Under the pieces are notes generated by a model. It was not told where the DNA came from, ran no database searches, and saw only the letters and a program-made list of their open reading frames with translations. Shown here piece after piece: positions 61,270 through 64,000 of a stretch of DNA of 64,000 nucleotides. The stretch's first letter is position 1; each line of letters opens with the position of its first letter. A program made the position numbers and the translations under genes. This DNA comes from Lepidodermella squamata. Lineage: Eukaryota; Animalia; Gastrotricha. Where the stretch lies: assembly GCA_047495785.1 (NCBI GenBank), contig JBLDXI010000011.1:1178001-1242000 (forward strand). The letters run 5' to 3'.

Positions 61270-63144
61270 ATGCTGTTTCACAAAGTTTCAACTTCCGCCA
61301 TTGCTATCATCGCTTTGGCATGGCAAGCAATCTCGCGGGCTCACTGGCTTAACGGTTCATACACAAGGCCTAGATGTTCGGAGCAGCTTTTACCGAAAGT
61401 GAAAGATGATCCATGCAGCAACTTCTACAATTGGGGCGTTGACTTGGAACTCATGCTGCCCATCCCGCCAACCGATCAAGGCCGCGATGAACTGGCCAGC
61501 TTCATCCTGCCGTCGTTATCGCTGTTCTGGCCGGCTGATAACCTCAAACTCATGTTCATCACCGATGGTGAACATACGAATGTCGATGCTTTCAAGCAGA
61601 GCTTGAAAGATGTGCTTGTGCTGCCTAACGTTTCACTGAGCTGCAAAGCTGGTTATCGGGTGCTGTTGAATTACCCGAATGTCACGCTCAAGCGGGGATG
61701 GGACCGCCAGCAGTGGCTCATGTTCTGGGCTGATAACTTCACAACTTCGGAATACGTCGGCTTCCTGGACAGCGATGCTGTGTTCGTGACTCGGGTGCAT
61801 AGGTACGATTTGTTCGTCGATGACCGGCCTATCATCAGGGCGGTTTTCGGGAAGCCGTACGATCCAACCTGGTGGCCGCAAACTTCCAGGGTGACCCAAG
61901 CAGCGATTGGAAAGCCAGGTGGGTATTTCCACCCTTCATACTAGAACGTTTTTTCCGTTTCGTCATTCGAAATTTTGGCGCGGAACTCAAAGCTATTTTC
62001 TAAAGCCCACATTATAGAAAGTGAAACCAGCCCACTTACAAATACACGAGTGCAGAACTTCCCGGTAACCAACATTTATTTTCATGAAGCGCGCAATTGT
62101 TCATAGCACATTACGCGCTAGATTTAGTTGCTTTCTATTCTGGCTATTAGACAGAAATCCGTTGTGGTCGAAATCGAGCTATCATCGCCCAGTACAGGCG
62201 AAGTGCGCGATTCTTGAGCTTCAAAACTGAATTCTGATCTGAATACTAACTTCTGACAACTTTTTAGGACTGACTGTTGTCAGTGCAGTAAAGAGGGACG
62301 TTAGGGACCTTCATGTGAGTAATTTAGAATCTGTAATTCGAATGCTGAAAACATCTGATAATCTGGATAATCAGGGTGCTCGAAGATATTTTTTGTGATA
62401 GGATTGTCAAGTTTCGCACTCGTGTAAAAATAGTTAAGGTAAAACCCTGATAGACATATGTTCGATGAAATTTATCGGACAGTTCTTGGTCCTCGGTCGT
62501 TCGCAAACTAAAGATTGCTTTATTGAACAGAGCCCATGAACTGCATGTCGTACTTTCCTGTCATCTTTAAAACTACACACTTGAAACCCATGCGTGAACA
62601 TATTCGGAAGCAGTTCAACACAACAACGTTCGACGAAGCCTTCCTTCTGATTGCATCGCACAAAATCTACTCCCAGTTCACCATTATGTGCGCATACCTA
62701 TGGTACTATCACCGGGATGCTTACTTCTGGACTATCCGAGAGCGCGAGCCTGGTTGGAAGGGCCCATTCGCGCCTGGCCAGGCGAAGACTCCAGCCGAGG
62801 TAGGCCTTACTCAATCTCTGTTCGAGATACAACGCCCTTCGCTGGCTATTCATTGGAACTATGAGGCATTCAAAGACGAGCGGAATGCAATGACATCATT
62901 ACTAAGAACAGGTGTTTGCTATTCAATGAGTGAAACTGAGAAGCTGAGGACGAAGTTGTGCGACAATCAGCCCAGTCGATGGGACTCGCTTAATACTTAC
63001 GAGTGGACCTTTGAAAGCTATACCTTCATTTGGAACAACACGCTGACATTGGCAGCCCATCGCGAGCGGCTTCAAAGACTTGATCAGTGTCCGCATAGAT
63101 GGAATTTTAGGCCAATGAGAAATCGTTTTCAAAGCGTGCAATAG
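61270..63144 (+). CDS. GT-A-like (DxD) glycosyltransferase-like protein B (exons 61270-61918, 62531-63144)
   Basis: Signal/anchor SAIAIIALAW; GWDRQQWLMFWADNFTTSEYVGFLDSD; EPMNCMSYFPVI; YSQFTIMC; intact paralog of 40978-42779. Confidence 0.85.
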
Positions 63145-64000
63145 TGGCGGGGAGTGTTAGTCGGAGAGTGCTTATTTCCTGAGGACAAAACTATAAAATT
63201 AGATATCGCAGTCGGTTCTACTGCGTGTGAGTGCGGTGAGTCTTAGACTCTAAGCTTAAAGAGCTTCATGTGTAAGTACGATGACCCACCAGTGAGCACA
63301 ATGACTCAATAAAACTACAGACAAAAGTGGAATTGGGGCAGGTAGGGTTGGTTTTCCACGTATAGGGGGGTCGTGGGGCAAGCGGGTTGGTATTGGGTGG
63401 ATTGACCCATATGGGATGCGGGTTATTTAACACGCAATGCTAATTATTTTCTAAAGCCCTCAGATTATTATGGTGATAATTTCTCGAGCATCGGAGGTAA
63501 GAAAACAATTTTCTTTATTCTGATCTCAAGTTTAAATTGTACTTGAAAAAGTCGCCGAGATGATGAAAAGCTGGCGGGCAATGTTAGCGGGAGTGAGGGA
63601 GCGGGAGTATACAAGCGGTTTCCCAGTAGATGAGCGGGTTAGCATGTCCTAGTTTTATTTACATAGGCCCTCCGCTGGCTCAAATTAGTTTTTTGGAAAA
63701 TGTCGGAGATGAGGCGGCATTGCCTAGCCGAGGCACTAATATAGTCTCGCCCCATTCGAACAATATGCCGGTTATTTTTAGAGACGCATTGAATCACGCG
63801 CACTGGTAATTTTGATCGTCAGTTTGAGCTCATCCAAATCGTTGGCAAACGTTATCTTCGTTCGTTTTTATCAACACCAAAAACTGCATATTTTGGTTCA
63901 TGGCTTTGCGATTGAGACAATAGATCAAGATGATTAAGATGCCGCTATCTCCGTTTGATCTACCAATGCGGGATTCAAAATCAACCTCGATCCTTGATAT

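Noticed and set aside
1-64000. Prokaryotic operon or defence-system interpretation
   Set aside because: Spliceosomal introns, low gene density and eukaryotic TE superfamilies throughout.

Overview
Eukaryotic DNA, most likely from a small-intron invertebrate animal (GT-AG introns mostly 49-59 nt, many DNA transposons); the species cannot be identified from sequence alone. (1) 0.7-14.3 kb: three copies of a 4-exon gene for an unrecognised secreted Cys/Thr-rich ~260-aa protein. Two copies face outward in the arms of an almost perfect 8.9-kb palindrome (arms 703-4961 and 5336-9594); the third is a patchwork of diverged and near-identical tracts. (2) 20-35 kb: three tandem FIH/HIF1AN-like JmjC genes which, once spliced by hand, begin with signal-peptide-like exons. 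One has lost its Fe/2OG ligands and sits head-to-head with a small helical, TPR-like gene carrying a signal peptide and a C-terminal KTEL. (3) 41-63 kb: five predicted secretory-pathway glycan-modifying genes (two GT-A-like DxD paralogs, a DUF268 methyltransferase-like, a fucosyltransferase-like and a DUF288/STELLO-like gene). Interspersed are an apparently intact FLYWCH-MULE, a centrally deleted PIF/Harbinger, a deleted MULE-like element carrying an OTU protease inside an intron, Gypsy remnants and many MITEs, several with tRNA-like segments. The best candidate for a new system is an ER/Golgi hydroxylation-glycosylation-methylation gene cluster. All gene models and family assignments are by eye; no database searches were run.
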